From positions 231,532 to 295,531 of the forward strand of contig JBHLKM010000002.1 of the NCBI GenBank assembly GCA_048886685.1: DNA of 64,000 nt, given 5' to 3'. Within the stretch, counting starts at the first letter, position 1; every line of letters starts with the position of its first letter. This DNA comes from Candidatus Hodarchaeota archaeon (GTDB lineage Archaea; Asgardarchaeota; Lokiarchaeia; Sigyniarchaeales; SOKP01). Of the stretch, positions 17,950-29,300 are shown in pieces. The notes beneath the pieces are model-generated. The model saw nothing but the letters and a program-made list of their open reading frames with translations, was not told where the DNA came from and did not search any database. The translations under genes and the position numbers were made by a program.

Positions 17950-20900
17950 TGGAAAAAGTTGGTGCAGTACTGGTTGTTGGTGGAGGCATAGCAGGTATTC
18001 AAGCATCCATTGATTTGGCAGATTCAGGTTATAAAGTATATATAGTAGAATCGTCTATGAGTATCGGTGGGGTTATGTCACAGCTAGATAAAACCTTTCC
18101 TACTAATGATTGTGCTATATGTATCCTTGCCCCAAAATTAGTGCTTACGGGTCGTCATGAAAATATAGAAATAATAATAAATTCATCTATAGAAAAAATC
18201 GAAGGAGAACCAGGAAATTTTAATGTGGATATTATCCAAAAATCGCTTTATTTAGATCAAAATAAATGTACTGGATGTGGTGTGTGTGCCCAAAAATGCC
18301 CCATTGAAGCTATTGATTTCTTCAATGAAGGATTTTCTAAAAAATCAGCAATATCTGTAAAATTTCCACAAGCAGTTCCATTAGTTTTCTCAATAGATAA
18401 AGAAAAATGTATAGGATGTGAAGTTTGTAAAGAAATTTGTAAAGCAAATGCCATAGATTATGAGCTTAGAGATAAGAAAATAAATCTCAAGGTAGGAGCA
18501 GTAATTTTAGCAATTGGTTTTGATGAATTTGAACCTTCTCCTTTAATAAATATTGGCTACGATAAATACTTGAATGTCATAACGAGTATTGAATTTGAAC
18601 GTACGTTAAGTGCTAGCGGACCTCACTCAGGTTTAATTCTCCGTCCTTCTGATGGAATTATTCCAAAAAAAATAGCTTTCTTACAATGCATCGGTTCAAG
18701 GGATAAAAGTATTAATGCTGAATATTGTTCTTCAGTATGTTGTATGTATACCACAAAAGAAGCAGTAATTGCAAAAGAACATGTGAATTTTATAGAACCT
18801 ACGATCTTTGCAATGGATATAAGAGCATATGGTAAAGATTTTGATAAATATATTGAACGGGCAAAGAATGAACATGGCATACGATATATTAGAAGAAGGA
18901 TTTCAACTATTAGTGAAATTCCAGATTCAAAAGATTTAAAGATTCGATATGAAACAGATGATGGGAAAGTCATTGAAGAAATTTTTAATTTAGTTGTTCT
19001 TGCTGTAGGAGCACAATCTAATAAGAGTTCTATAGAATTAGCTCAAAAGTTAAATATAGAGTTAAATGAATATGGTTTCTGCAAAACAAAAAGTTTTAAT
19101 CCGGTAGAAACATCAAAACCTGGAATCTATGTATGTGGAATGTTTGCCTCACCTAAGGATATCCCAGAAACTGTCATCGAAGCTAGTGCTGCTGCTGGAT
19201 GCGTTAATGTTTTGCTAACAGAAGTAAGAAATACATTAATCTCAAAGAAAGAACTCCCAGAAGAAATTGATGTGAGTGAACAGCCACCAAAAATAGGGGT
19301 CTTTATATGTCATTGTGGAATTAATATTGGGGGGGTTGTTAACGTTCCTGAGATTGTCGAATATGTAAAAACATTACCTAATGTAGTATATGCTGAACAT
19401 AATCTATACACTTGTTCCGCTGATACTCAAACGAATATTAAAGAAAAAATAACAGAAAATCAGCTTAATAGAGTAATAGTTGCTTCATGTACTCCAAGAA
19501 CGCACGAACCCTTATTTCAAGCAACAATACAGGAGGTAGGATTGAATAAGTATCTTTTTGAGATGGTGAATATCAGAGATCAATGCTCTTGGGTTCATAT
19601 GCATGAAGCTGAAAATGCAACATCAAAAGCAAAAGATTTACTAAGAATGTCAGTAGCTAAAGCTGCACAGTTAATTCCATTACAAGAACAAGAAATTGAT
19701 GTAATCGACAAAAGTTTAGTCATTGGTGGGGGTGTATCTGGAATGATTTCAGCTTTAAATTTGGCTTCTCAAGGTTTTGAAGTATTCTTAATTGAAAAAG
19801 AAGATTCTCTAGGAGGATTTGTCAAGAATATTTTCCAAACCCTTGAAAATGACGATATTCAAGAATTTATTATCAACCTAATACAAGAGGTTGAAAATAA
19901 TCAGTTAATTCAAGTATTTAAAAAAGCTCAAATTAATTCAATTTCAGGATACATCGGCAATTTCACCACAAATATATCTTATGGGAAAAATAATAAAATT
20001 ATTGATCTTGAACACGGAATAATTATTGTGGCTACAGGCGCAAAAGAATACCAACCAAATGAATACAATTATGGACAAGATCAGAGAATTATATCTCAAG
20101 TTGAATTTGAAAAAACCCTTTTTACTACAAATGAAGTAAAAAAATTGAATTTAATCACAATGATACAATGTATTGGTTCTAGAAATGAAGATCATCCCTA
20201 TTGTAGCAGAATATGTTGTTCTGAAGCCATAAAGAATGCATTAAAAGCAAAAGAAATCAACCCAAATCTTGAAATAATTATTTTATATCGTGATATTCGT
20301 ACATATGGATTCAAGGAGAAATATTACAATCTGGCTAGAGAAAAAGGAGTCATTTTCATTAGATTTGATGAAAATAAACCCCCAGAATTAAAAATAAAAA
20401 ATGAAAAGTTAAATCTTTTAGTTGAAAGACCCGATATAGGTAAATTGGAAATAAATCCAGAATTAATCGTTTTAAGTACAGGACTCGTAGCACCTATAAA
20501 AGAAAATGAAGATCTAGCAAAAATGCTAAAAGTTCCTCTTAATGAGGATAAATTCTTTCTCGAAGCTCATGTAAAATTAAGACCAATTGACTTTGCAACA
20601 GATGGTATCTTTTTATGTGGTTGTGCACACTCACCTAAAAATATTAGGGAATCTATTGCTCAAGCTAATGGAGCCGCTGCCCAAGCAGTTAAAGTTTTGG
20701 GTGCTAAAAAAATTGTAACATCCGGTCTTGTTGCTACTGTAATAGAAGATAATTGTATTGGATGTGGAAATTGTGTTGAAGTTTGCCAATTTAATGCAAT
20801 AGAATTAGTAGAACAACAAAAAGAGTTCGAAGATTGCACAATTACAATAAAAAAATCTCATGTTAATTCAGCATTATGTAAAGGTTGCGGGACATGTGGA

Positions 20901-20984
20901 GCTCAATGCCCAAATTCTACAATTATTATAAAACATTTTGGATTCGAGCAAATAAGTGCCATGATTTCTGCTCTTTTAGTCTAA
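17949..20984 (+). CDS. hdrA: Large (two-module) HdrA-like FAD/Fe-S protein
   Basis: VVGGGIAG, LDKTFPTNDCAIC, YCSSVCC, IGVFICHCG, YCSRICC, C-terminal ferredoxin. Confidence 0.88.
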   Translation: MEKVGAVLVVGGGIAGIQASIDLADSGYKVYIVESSMSIGGVMSQLDKTFPTNDCAICILAPKLVLTGRHENIEIIINSSIEKIEGEPGNFNVDIIQKSLYLDQNKCTGCGVCAQKCPIEAIDFFNEGFSKKSAISVKFPQAVPLVFSIDKEKCIGCEVCKEICKANAIDYELRDKKINLKVGAVILAIGFDEFEPSPLINIGYDKYLNVITSIEFERTLSASGPHSGLILRPSDGIIPKKIAFLQCIGSRDKSINAEYCSSVCCMYTTKEAVIAKEHVNFIEPTIFAMDIRAYGKDFDKYIERAKNEHGIRYIRRRISTISEIPDSKDLKIRYETDDGKVIEEIFNLVVLAVGAQSNKSSIELAQKLNIELNEYGFCKTKSFNPVETSKPGIYVCGMFASPKDIPETVIEASAAAGCVNVLLTEVRNTLISKKELPEEIDVSEQPPKIGVFICHCGINIGGVVNVPEIVEYVKTLPNVVYAEHNLYTCSADTQTNIKEKITENQLNRVIVASCTPRTHEPLFQATIQEVGLNKYLFEMVNIRDQCSWVHMHEAENATSKAKDLLRMSVAKAAQLIPLQEQEIDVIDKSLVIGGGVSGMISALNLASQGFEVFLIEKEDSLGGFVKNIFQTLENDDIQEFIINLIQEVENNQLIQVFKKAQINSISGYIGNFTTNISYGKNNKIIDLEHGIIIVATGAKEYQPNEYNYGQDQRIISQVEFEKTLFTTNEVKKLNLITMIQCIGSRNEDHPYCSRICCSEAIKNALKAKEINPNLEIIILYRDIRTYGFKEKYYNLAREKGVIFIRFDENKPPELKIKNEKLNLLVERPDIGKLEINPELIVLSTGLVAPIKENEDLAKMLKVPLNEDKFFLEAHVKLRPIDFATDGIFLCGCAHSPKNIRESIAQANGAAAQAVKVLGAKKIVTSGLVATVIEDNCIGCGNCVEVCQFNAIELVEQQKEFEDCTITIKKSHVNSALCKGCGTCGAQCPNSTIIIKHFGFEQISAMISALLV

Positions 20985-21019
20985 TATTAAATTGTAATTA
21001 ATGAAAAAAATGAGGAATA

Positions 21020-21451
21020 TTGATAAGTCAAGAAAAAAAAGGAAAAAATGTAGAATTTACTCCCAATATTTTATGTTTTTGCTGTAATTGGTGTAGTTAT
21101 GCAGGAGCAGATTTAGCTGGAGTATCACGTTTTCAATATCCCCCGACCATAAAAATAGTAAGAGTAATGTGTTCTGGTAGAGTAGATCCCGCTTTCGTTT
21201 TAGAGGCATTTAAAGAGGGTATTGATGGAGTCATTGTGACAGGGTGCCATATCGGTGATTGCCATTACCTTAAAGGAAATGAATTTGCAAAAGAAAGATT
21301 TGAACGTTTTAGAGAAACTATAAAAATATTTAACCTCGAGAAGAGATTTCGACTTGAATGGGTAAGTGCATCTGAAGGTAAACGATTCGCTGAAGTTATC
21401 ACTGAATTTACTAATCAAATTAAAAAATTAGGCCCATTACTCACAATTTAA
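21020..21451 (+). CDS. mvhD: MvhD (Cys form)
   Basis: CCNWCSYAGADLAG, VMCSGRVDP, GCHIGDCHY, WVSASEG. Confidence 0.92.
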   Translation: MISQEKKGKNVEFTPNILCFCCNWCSYAGADLAGVSRFQYPPTIKIVRVMCSGRVDPAFVLEAFKEGIDGVIVTGCHIGDCHYLKGNEFAKERFERFRETIKIFNLEKRFRLEWVSASEGKRFAEVITEFTNQIKKLGPLLTI

Positions 21452-21541
21452 CAATTTAAAATATTATAAATTCTTTTCTTTTTACCATTAAAACATATAG
21501 TTCTCTTGAAATGTATGAAATGGTAAATTCAGAATCTGATT

Positions 21542-21682
21542 TCAATCAAATTTATTAAATATCAATTCATCTTCTACGGCAATTCCCACTGCAAATCCAG
21601 GAATTTCCTTAATGTATGCTTGATAATCTAACCAATTATCAATTAAATGTAGGGCTGATTTTATTAATTCCTTATCAACCAT
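21542..21682 (-). pseudogene. N-terminal remnant of a beta-lactamase-family serine hydrolase
   Basis: MVDKELIKSALHLIDNWLDYQAYIKEIPGFAVGIAVEDELIFNKFD*; has the IPG.AVGI motif but stops before SxxK. Confidence 0.5.
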
Positions 21683-21844
21683 AGTAAGTTCTCTTGATCC
21701 TATAATGAATTTAAGGTTTTTCTTTTAAAGTTTTTTAGCTAACCAGTTTCTATAGTAAAATTATTATTTTAAACAACTTTTATTTTAAACAACTTTTAAG
21801 AATCTAGGTATTGAAAATCTTGGAATAGAGAAAGGTGAAATAAA

Positions 21845-23398
21845 ATATCTGTTAAAAATCTTCCATTAACAAGAGAAAACATACCGTTTGAAAGACTATT
21901 TAATCCACGTGCGATAGTAATAATTGGTGTTTCAAAATTAAAACCAATGGGAGCAACCCAATATGTTTTTGCATTGAAATCTTCTCAATTTCAGAATCCC
22001 ATTTACCTCGTAAACCCGAAATATGCTGATAAGAAATTGCAAGGATATAAATTTTATGATTCTATCTCTTCAATACCAGATGAACCACCAGTTGATCTCG
22101 CTATAATAGCTGTACCTGCACAAATTACTCCTTCAATTATTGAAGAACTAGGTAAAAAAGGAGTTTCATTTGCACACATTTTTAGTAGTGGATTTTCTGA
22201 ATTAGACTCTGAATTTGATAAAAGAGGTAAAATACTAGAGGATGAATTAATCAAAATTGCTTCGAATTATGGAATACGTATCCTCGGTCCCAATTGTATG
22301 GGCGTGTTCGCACCAAAATCAAGACTCACTTTTTTAATGCCCATGAGAGAAATGCAAAGATTAAATGATGCAAATAAAGAAAAAGAATCAGAAAATTTTG
22401 AAGATTTAGAAGATATCGGAAATTTAACAAGTACTGGGCAAGTAGCTTTTATATCACAGAGTGGAGGGATTGCATTCAGCCATGGAATGCTTTCACAGTC
22501 ATTAGGTTATAGTTTTTCAAAAATGGTCTCCCTTGGTAATCAAATTGATTTGGATTTAATTGATTTTCTACGGTATTTTAAAGATGATCCAGAAACAAAA
22601 ATAATAGCAATGTATATTGAAAATATAAAACGAGACGGGAATGAGTTTGTTCGATTGCTAAAAGAGACGACGACAAAGAAACCTGTAATCATATGGAAAG
22701 GCGGTATATTTCAAACTGGTCATCAAGCAGTTATGAGTCATACGGGAGGCTTAGCAGGTAATTACAAAATGTGGGAATCAATGGCAAATCAAACTGGAGT
22801 AATTCTGGTAAATAATTTTTTGGAATTAACAGATATGGTGCAAACATGTCTTACTTATCCTTTTCCACAAACTTTAGGAACTGCTGTACTATCAATGAGC
22901 GGGGGTACAGCGGTGGAAAGTACTGATGAAGTTGAACGGAATGGTTTAATTATGCCCCTTTTATCGCAAGGATTAACACAAAAAATCAGCCAATTTATCC
23001 CAGAAATTAACTCTAATTTAAAAAATCCATTAGAATTTGGCGGAAAGAACAGTTTAGAACATACTATTAAAATAATTGGGATGTTGGCTGAGGAACCTCA
23101 ATTCTCTTCTATAATTATGGCAAGTTCTCCAGAATTTCTTATTTTCCGAAGAGCAAATAGTTTGGATGATTATATTAAAGCAATTTCTAATGCTTTACCC
23201 CCTAATTCGGGTAAATTATTATTATGTGTTGGCAACGAGATAAATATGTTTGAGCAAGGGATAAAAATGAATCTTGAATTTCGTTCCAGATCTCTACCCA
23301 ATGGATTTGTAGCATATCGATCTACAGCAGCAGCAGCAAAATCTTGTTATCGCTGGTGGAAATACGGAAAGTATTTAGAAAAAAGAAAAAATACTTAA
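21845..23398 (+). CDS. Acyl-CoA synthetase (NDP-forming) alpha subunit / CoA-binding protein
   Basis: LFNPRAIVIIGVS (upstream of the track ATG 21947), VDLAIIAVPA, ILGPNCMG, ISQSGG, SHTGGLAG. The start is probably ATA 21845, after GGTGA. Confidence 0.85.
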   Translation: MSVKNLPLTRENIPFERLFNPRAIVIIGVSKLKPMGATQYVFALKSSQFQNPIYLVNPKYADKKLQGYKFYDSISSIPDEPPVDLAIIAVPAQITPSIIEELGKKGVSFAHIFSSGFSELDSEFDKRGKILEDELIKIASNYGIRILGPNCMGVFAPKSRLTFLMPMREMQRLNDANKEKESENFEDLEDIGNLTSTGQVAFISQSGGIAFSHGMLSQSLGYSFSKMVSLGNQIDLDLIDFLRYFKDDPETKIIAMYIENIKRDGNEFVRLLKETTTKKPVIIWKGGIFQTGHQAVMSHTGGLAGNYKMWESMANQTGVILVNNFLELTDMVQTCLTYPFPQTLGTAVLSMSGGTAVESTDEVERNGLIMPLLSQGLTQKISQFIPEINSNLKNPLEFGGKNSLEHTIKIIGMLAEEPQFSSIIMASSPEFLIFRRANSLDDYIKAISNALPPNSGKLLLCVGNEINMFEQGIKMNLEFRSRSLPNGFVAYRSTAAAAKSCYRWWKYGKYLEKRKNT

Positions 23399-23432
23399 TA
23401 AAAAAGCCAACTTATTAAAAAAACTTTCTTTC

Positions 23433-24875
23433 TTATAGATCTTTGACAATACCTAAAACTGAATGGATTAACTTATCAAAATCTTCATTTTTGGATCTAT
23501 AATTCACAATTGCTACTCTAATTGCGAAATTTCCATTAATAGTTGTACTAGAAGGGACAGCAATTCCTTTTTCTTGTAATTGGTATAATATTTCTTCATT
23601 TAGTTTATTGAGAGTATTTGCATTACTTTTTCCGTCATTATACCTGAAATTAACTATGTTCAAGGTAGTAGGAGCAAGTAATTCTAAAGAATACTCCTTT
23701 TCTATTAATTTTGTAAGATATCGAGCTTGTTTAATATTTTGGTATATAAGACGCCCATATTTATTAATACCATGCTCTTTAATACTCATCCATATCTTAA
23801 GTGCTCTAAATCCCCGAGAAAGTTGAGGCCCATAGAATCCATACCATATATCACCACTCCCAACCCCTCTATCTTGATGAGCAATGTAATCTGCTGTTAA
23901 ATTAAATGTTTCAAAATGATCTTCTCTATTCCTTATAAGAACGCAACCTGCCTCAAAATTCATATACATCCACTTGTGAAAATCAAAAGCAATACTATCT
24001 GCTCGTTCAATTCCCTCAACAATGTCCCCGATCTCAGGAGAGAGTTTACACCAGGCGCCAAAAGCACCATCTATGTGGAACCACATATCAAACTCTCTAG
24101 CTAGATCAGCTAAATTATCCAAATTATCAACGGCACCGGTATTTATAGTTCCAGCACATCCAATAATGCATATAGGCTTAAAACCAGCTTTGATATCTGC
24201 TTCTATGGTTTCTTTAAGCTTTTCAATTCTTATCTCATAATTATCGTTAACTGGTATTTTTTTGAGAGAATTAATTCCGAAACCTAACAAATGTATTGCT
24301 TTATCAATAGAATTATGCATTTCTTCGGATCCATAGATCAAGAGTTCTTTATTGCTTTTTCTTAAACCTTCTTTTTTAATGTCATAACCTGCCTTCTTAT
24401 TTCGAGCAACAGCTAATCCAATATAATTGGCAATACTACCTCCTGATACAAGTATACCAGAAGCATTTGGCCCATAACCAAACACATCTTTAGCCCATTC
24501 AATCACTTGATTTTCAACATAATTCGCTATATGCTCTCCTCCACCAAGATTTGGATTCATAGTCGCAGCAAGCATTTCTGCTAGTACTCCAAATGGAGTG
24601 CCATTACCTACTGCCCAACCCCAAAAGCAAGGATGAGCATTTCCCAATGGATATGGAAAGATATTCTCCTTGAATTCTTTATAAATCTTTTCTCTATCTT
24701 GTCCTTCCTTTGGTAAAGGTGCTCGGAATTTTAATTTTATTTCTTTTGGGATCGGTTGCCAAACTGGTTGGTCTCTAATATCTCTAAGATAATCTAACAT
24801 ATCATCAAGCATTTTATGCCCCAAGATCCTTAGATTTTCCCAATTTTCAGGATCAAGACTTTCTTCGGATGCCAT
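23433..24875 (-). CDS. Group II PLP-dependent decarboxylase (aromatic-L-amino-acid decarboxylase-like)
   Basis: SGGSIAN, AGTINTGAVD, WFHIDGAFG, SIAFDFHKW, LSRGFRALKIW. Confidence 0.88.
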   Translation of the reverse strand: MASEESLDPENWENLRILGHKMLDDMLDYLRDIRDQPVWQPIPKEIKLKFRAPLPKEGQDREKIYKEFKENIFPYPLGNAHPCFWGWAVGNGTPFGVLAEMLAATMNPNLGGGEHIANYVENQVIEWAKDVFGYGPNASGILVSGGSIANYIGLAVARNKKAGYDIKKEGLRKSNKELLIYGSEEMHNSIDKAIHLLGFGINSLKKIPVNDNYEIRIEKLKETIEADIKAGFKPICIIGCAGTINTGAVDNLDNLADLAREFDMWFHIDGAFGAWCKLSPEIGDIVEGIERADSIAFDFHKWMYMNFEAGCVLIRNREDHFETFNLTADYIAHQDRGVGSGDIWYGFYGPQLSRGFRALKIWMSIKEHGINKYGRLIYQNIKQARYLTKLIEKEYSLELLAPTTLNIVNFRYNDGKSNANTLNKLNEEILYQLQEKGIAVPSSTTINGNFAIRVAIVNYRSKNEDFDKLIHSVLGIVKDL

Positions 24876-25097
24876 ACCTAAAAGTAAAATAATTTACATA
24901 AAAAATGTTGTCTTTCTTTTACATATCTTGCTCAGATCAATGATATTGAAGGTAACTTACTAAATCTTTGGGAAGATAAAATATAATAGATATTATCAAA
25001 ATTATTTCTATAATTTTGAGTAATTTATAATATCGAAAAAACTATTTTTTTGGTATAGTTATTTACTTTAACTTAAAAATATCGTATGAATATGTGA

Positions 25098-25664
25098 ATG
25101 ATTATTATTTTAAATCAGTTAAAAGTGAGTGGTAGATTCAGAACTAATTGTTATCTTTTTGGGGATGAAAGTACAAAAGAAATTGCTATAATTGATCCTG
25201 GGATTGAATCAAATAATGTTATAAATGTTGTTAATAGCGAAGGATATAAACCGGTTTATTTAATAGGTACACATGCACACCATGACCATATTCAATGCGC
25301 CATTGATATCATGGATTATTTTAATATTCCATTATTAATCAATGGTTTTGGGAAAGGAGCACTTGAAAATATAAATTTTATCAAAGAGAATGATGTAATC
25401 GAAATAGGTGCAGAATATCTTCATGTAATTGAAACACCAGGTCACACTAACAATGACGTAATGCTGATAGATTATAAAAACATGCTTATCTTTACCGGAG
25501 ATACTCTATTACGTGGCAGACTCCCAAGACAGCTTATAAATTATAATAATTTGTTGGCTAGTATAAGAAAAATATTATATTATCCTCAAATTTCGGGTGA
25601 GTTCAAAATATACCCCGGGCATGGTAGTCATTCTACAATAGGCAAAGAAAGGTTGAGATACTAA
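25098..25664 (+). CDS. MBL-fold metallo-hydrolase (glyoxalase II-like)
   Basis: THAHHDHI, TPGHT, FTGDTL, YPGHG. Confidence 0.9.
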   Translation: MIIILNQLKVSGRFRTNCYLFGDESTKEIAIIDPGIESNNVINVVNSEGYKPVYLIGTHAHHDHIQCAIDIMDYFNIPLLINGFGKGALENINFIKENDVIEIGAEYLHVIETPGHTNNDVMLIDYKNMLIFTGDTLLRGRLPRQLINYNNLLASIRKILYYPQISGEFKIYPGHGSHSTIGKERLRY

Positions 25665-25852
25665 ATTTTGATATTTAAAAATTGTGTTAAAATTTATTCC
25701 ATTTTCCTATAGAATTGGAATGGAAAAGCAAATGCAGAGTCTGATTTTCATAAATATTCTATGGGATATATAATATATAAGTTAGAATAAAAAAATTAGT
25801 GTAATGTATTAGAGAACTTAGGAAACATTATTGATCTTTATAATGTGGGGAT

Positions 25853-26146
25853 GTCATACATAATGCCGAAATTGACCAGATACTCATATATTTCATGTTT
25901 GAAAAGTATATTTTCAATGAACAATACTTCCCTTATTGATCATAATTTATGATATCGATAACTGAAAAAGATAATACTGTCCCAAGTCATGCATAATGCC
26001 AAAATTGACCAATCCCTCGCATATTTCATGTTTGAAAAGGATATTCTCAATAAACAATACTTCCCTTATTGATCATAATTTATGATATCGATAACTGAGG
26101 AAGATAAAACCGTCCCAAATCGTGCATAATGTCGAGAATAACCAAT
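25853..26146. repeat. Non-coding tandem repeat, 133-bp unit, about 2.2 copies
   Basis: Units start at 25853, 25986 and 26119 (partial); shared core aacaatacttcccttattgatcataatttatgatatcgataactga. Confidence 0.9.
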
Positions 26147-26329
26147 ATTTCATAATTTGACTGCATGACTCCAATAATTCAAACGAATTTCACCATTGGA
26201 ATCCGATCATTTCAAAGTGATTCATGTCGAAAAGCGATAATTTTTCATAATAATGTTTATATAATTAAATTTCTTTTTTTTTTACTCAGTTAAAAAAAAT
26301 TTGAAACTAAAATCTTAAAGTGTTAAATA

Positions 26330-29300
26330 ATGGAAGGTTCTGTATTAGTTATTGGAGGAGGGATTGCTGGAATACAAACTTCTTTAGATTTAACTGAATT
26401 GGGTTTTAAAGTATATTTAGTGGAAAAAACTCCTTCTATTGGAGGGAGAATGGCTCAACTTGATAAAACCTTTCCTACTAACGATTGTAGTCTATGCATT
26501 CTTGCTCCTAAGATGGTAGAAGTATTCAGAAATCCTAATATTGAGTTAATGACATATCATGAAGTCCAAAAGGTCACTGGAAAACCTGGAAATTTTATTG
26601 TCTCAGTATTAAAGAAGCCTCGTTATGTTGATGAGACTAAATGTAAAGGTTGTGGGGATTGTGCTTCCAAATGCCCGAAGATCGAAACGCCTAATATCTT
26701 TGATATGAACTTAGGTAAGAGAAAATCAGTTTATATTCCATTTCCTCAAGCTGTTCCCCCTGTTTATATAATCGATCCTGATTTGTGTTTATTTTTAAAC
26801 AAAGGAGTTTGCGGTGTTTGTAAAAAAACATGTGAAGCAGATGCAATAGATTTTGAACAGAAGTCATTAGAAATTGAATTAAATGTTGGAGCCATTGTTG
26901 TGGCGACTGGTTATGATATACTTGGTGAGGAGTTATCTTCAAGATGGGGTTATAATTATAAGAATGTAGTCAATGCTTTAGAATACGAAAGAATGTTATC
27001 TGCTTCAGGCCCTTTTGGAGGGCATATTTTACGTCCGAGCGATGAGAAAGAGCCAGAAAAAATAGCATTCATTCAATGTGCTGGCTCAAGAGACCTACAT
27101 GAAGGAGTTCCCTATTGTTCCAGCGTATGTTGTATGTATACGAGTAAAGAAGCCATAATCACTAAGGAGCACTCTGACCATTCCCAATGCTTTGTTTTTA
27201 GACATGATATTAGAGCATTTGGAAAGAATTTTTATGAATTCACTCAAAGGGCTCAAGAAGAATATGGTGTAAAATATTTTCAGACCAAAGTGAATAGAAT
27301 CTTAGAAGATCCAGAAACAAATGATCTAATTATTCATTATGAAGACCTAAAAACTGGAGAATTTAAGGACTTTAAAGCAAATTTGGTAGTATTAGCTTCA
27401 CCATTAGTCCCCTCAAATGGAACCAGAAAATTAGCTGAAATTTTAGATATTGAATTAGATGATTATAGCTTCTTCAAAGAAAAAACTTACTTCAACAAAT
27501 CTTTATCTTCGAGAGAAGGTATCTTCTTAGCTGGATTTTGTCAAGGCCCAATGGATATACCAGAGACTGTCGCTGATGCTAGTGGTGTAGCTTCGCAGAT
27601 CGCAACTTTACTAAATCCCTCCAAATTTACAGAAATTGAAGAAAAGATATTTGAGATTCCCGAGAAAGAAGTAAAGACTACAGATGATCGGAGAATTGGT
27701 GTACTTATTTGCCATTGTGGAATTAATATTGGAAAATATATCAATATTCCTGAAGTCATCGAACATATAAAGACATTGCCTAATGTAGTCTTTTGTGAAG
27801 ATAATCTTTATTCTTGTAGTTCTGATTCTCAACAACGAATTAAGGAAGTAATTGCGGAATATAACTTAAATAGATTTATTGTAGCATCTTGTACACCGCG
27901 AACCCATGAATCTCTATTTCAAGAAACATGTCAAGAAGCAGGGCTAAATAAATATCTCTTTGAGATGGTTAATATTCGAGATCAGTGTTCTTGGGTTCAT
28001 ATGACAGAAAAAGAAAAAGCTACCGAAAAGGCAAAGGATCTAATAAGAATGGGAGTTGCAAAGTCAAGGTTATTAAGACCTCAATCAGAGGAAAAACTGC
28101 AAATCACTCAAACTGCTTTGGTAATTGGTGGCGGTGTATCTGGGATGAGTGCCGCCTTAAATATTGCTAACCAAGGATTCATAGTTTATCTTGTAGAAAA
28201 AGAGAAATTTCTAGGTGGAAATCTCAAAAACTTAAATGTATTATATCCAACTCAAGAAGATGCTTCAATCTTACTAAATGAAATTATAGAAAAGGTTATG
28301 AAAAATAGGAATATTCAACTTCTCCTAAGCTCTCAATTGAAAGATGTTAATGGTTATATTGGAAATTACAACGTTACTGTCGTCGATTCAGAAAATGAAA
28401 GCCACGATTTAAAAATTGGCACTATAATAGTTGCTACTGGAGGACAAGAACTAAAACCTAAAGAAGTTTTTCAATATAAACTTAAGAACCATAATGTAAT
28501 TACGCAATTAGAATTAGAACAGAAATTGAAAAGTGAAGATGTGTCTTGGCTTGATAAGATTAATCGTATTACATCAATGTTATGTGTCAACGCAAGGCAA
28601 AAAGAAGGAATTACATACTGTTCTAATATATGTTGTGGAAGCGCTATTAAGAACATTAATATTTTAAAAGAATTGAAAAATGACCTCGAATTAGTAGTTC
28701 TTTATCGAGATCTCCAAATGGCAAAAAAACAATTTGAGGAATATTATCGCGATCGGAGAAAAGATGCGATATTCTTAAGATATGATTTAGATAAACCCCC
28801 ATTCATTAGTACGAAGAATGGCAAATCGGAAAAGTACGAAATTAAAGTATTTGATACTAATTTACAAGATTACCTCACATTTGAAACAGATTTAATAGTA
28901 TTATCAACTCCTATGATCCCAGCTAGTAATTTAGAAGAACTAGCAAAAATGCTCAAAGTTCCTCTAGATAAAAATGGTTTTTTCTTAGAGGCTCATGTCA
29001 AATTAAGACCATTAGATTTTGCCACAGATGGGATTTTCTTATGCGGATGTGCTCAGTGGCCAAAAAATATTCAAGATTCTATATCACAAGCAAATGGTGC
29101 TGCAGGAAGAGCAAGTAGATTCTTAAGTGCAAAAGAAATTACAACTTCTGGTTTAGTAGCAGAAGTAGATCAAGATATGTGCATTGGATGTGGAACCTGT
29201 GAAGATGTTTGTGCTTATAATGCAGTAGAACTAACCGAAATAATAAAAGAATTTGAAGATGTGAGTTTAGTCATAAAAAAATCTTCCATCAATCCAAATT

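Noticed and set aside
25853-26146. CRISPR array
   Set aside because: The 133-bp units are similar along their whole length, with no unique spacers and no cas genes.
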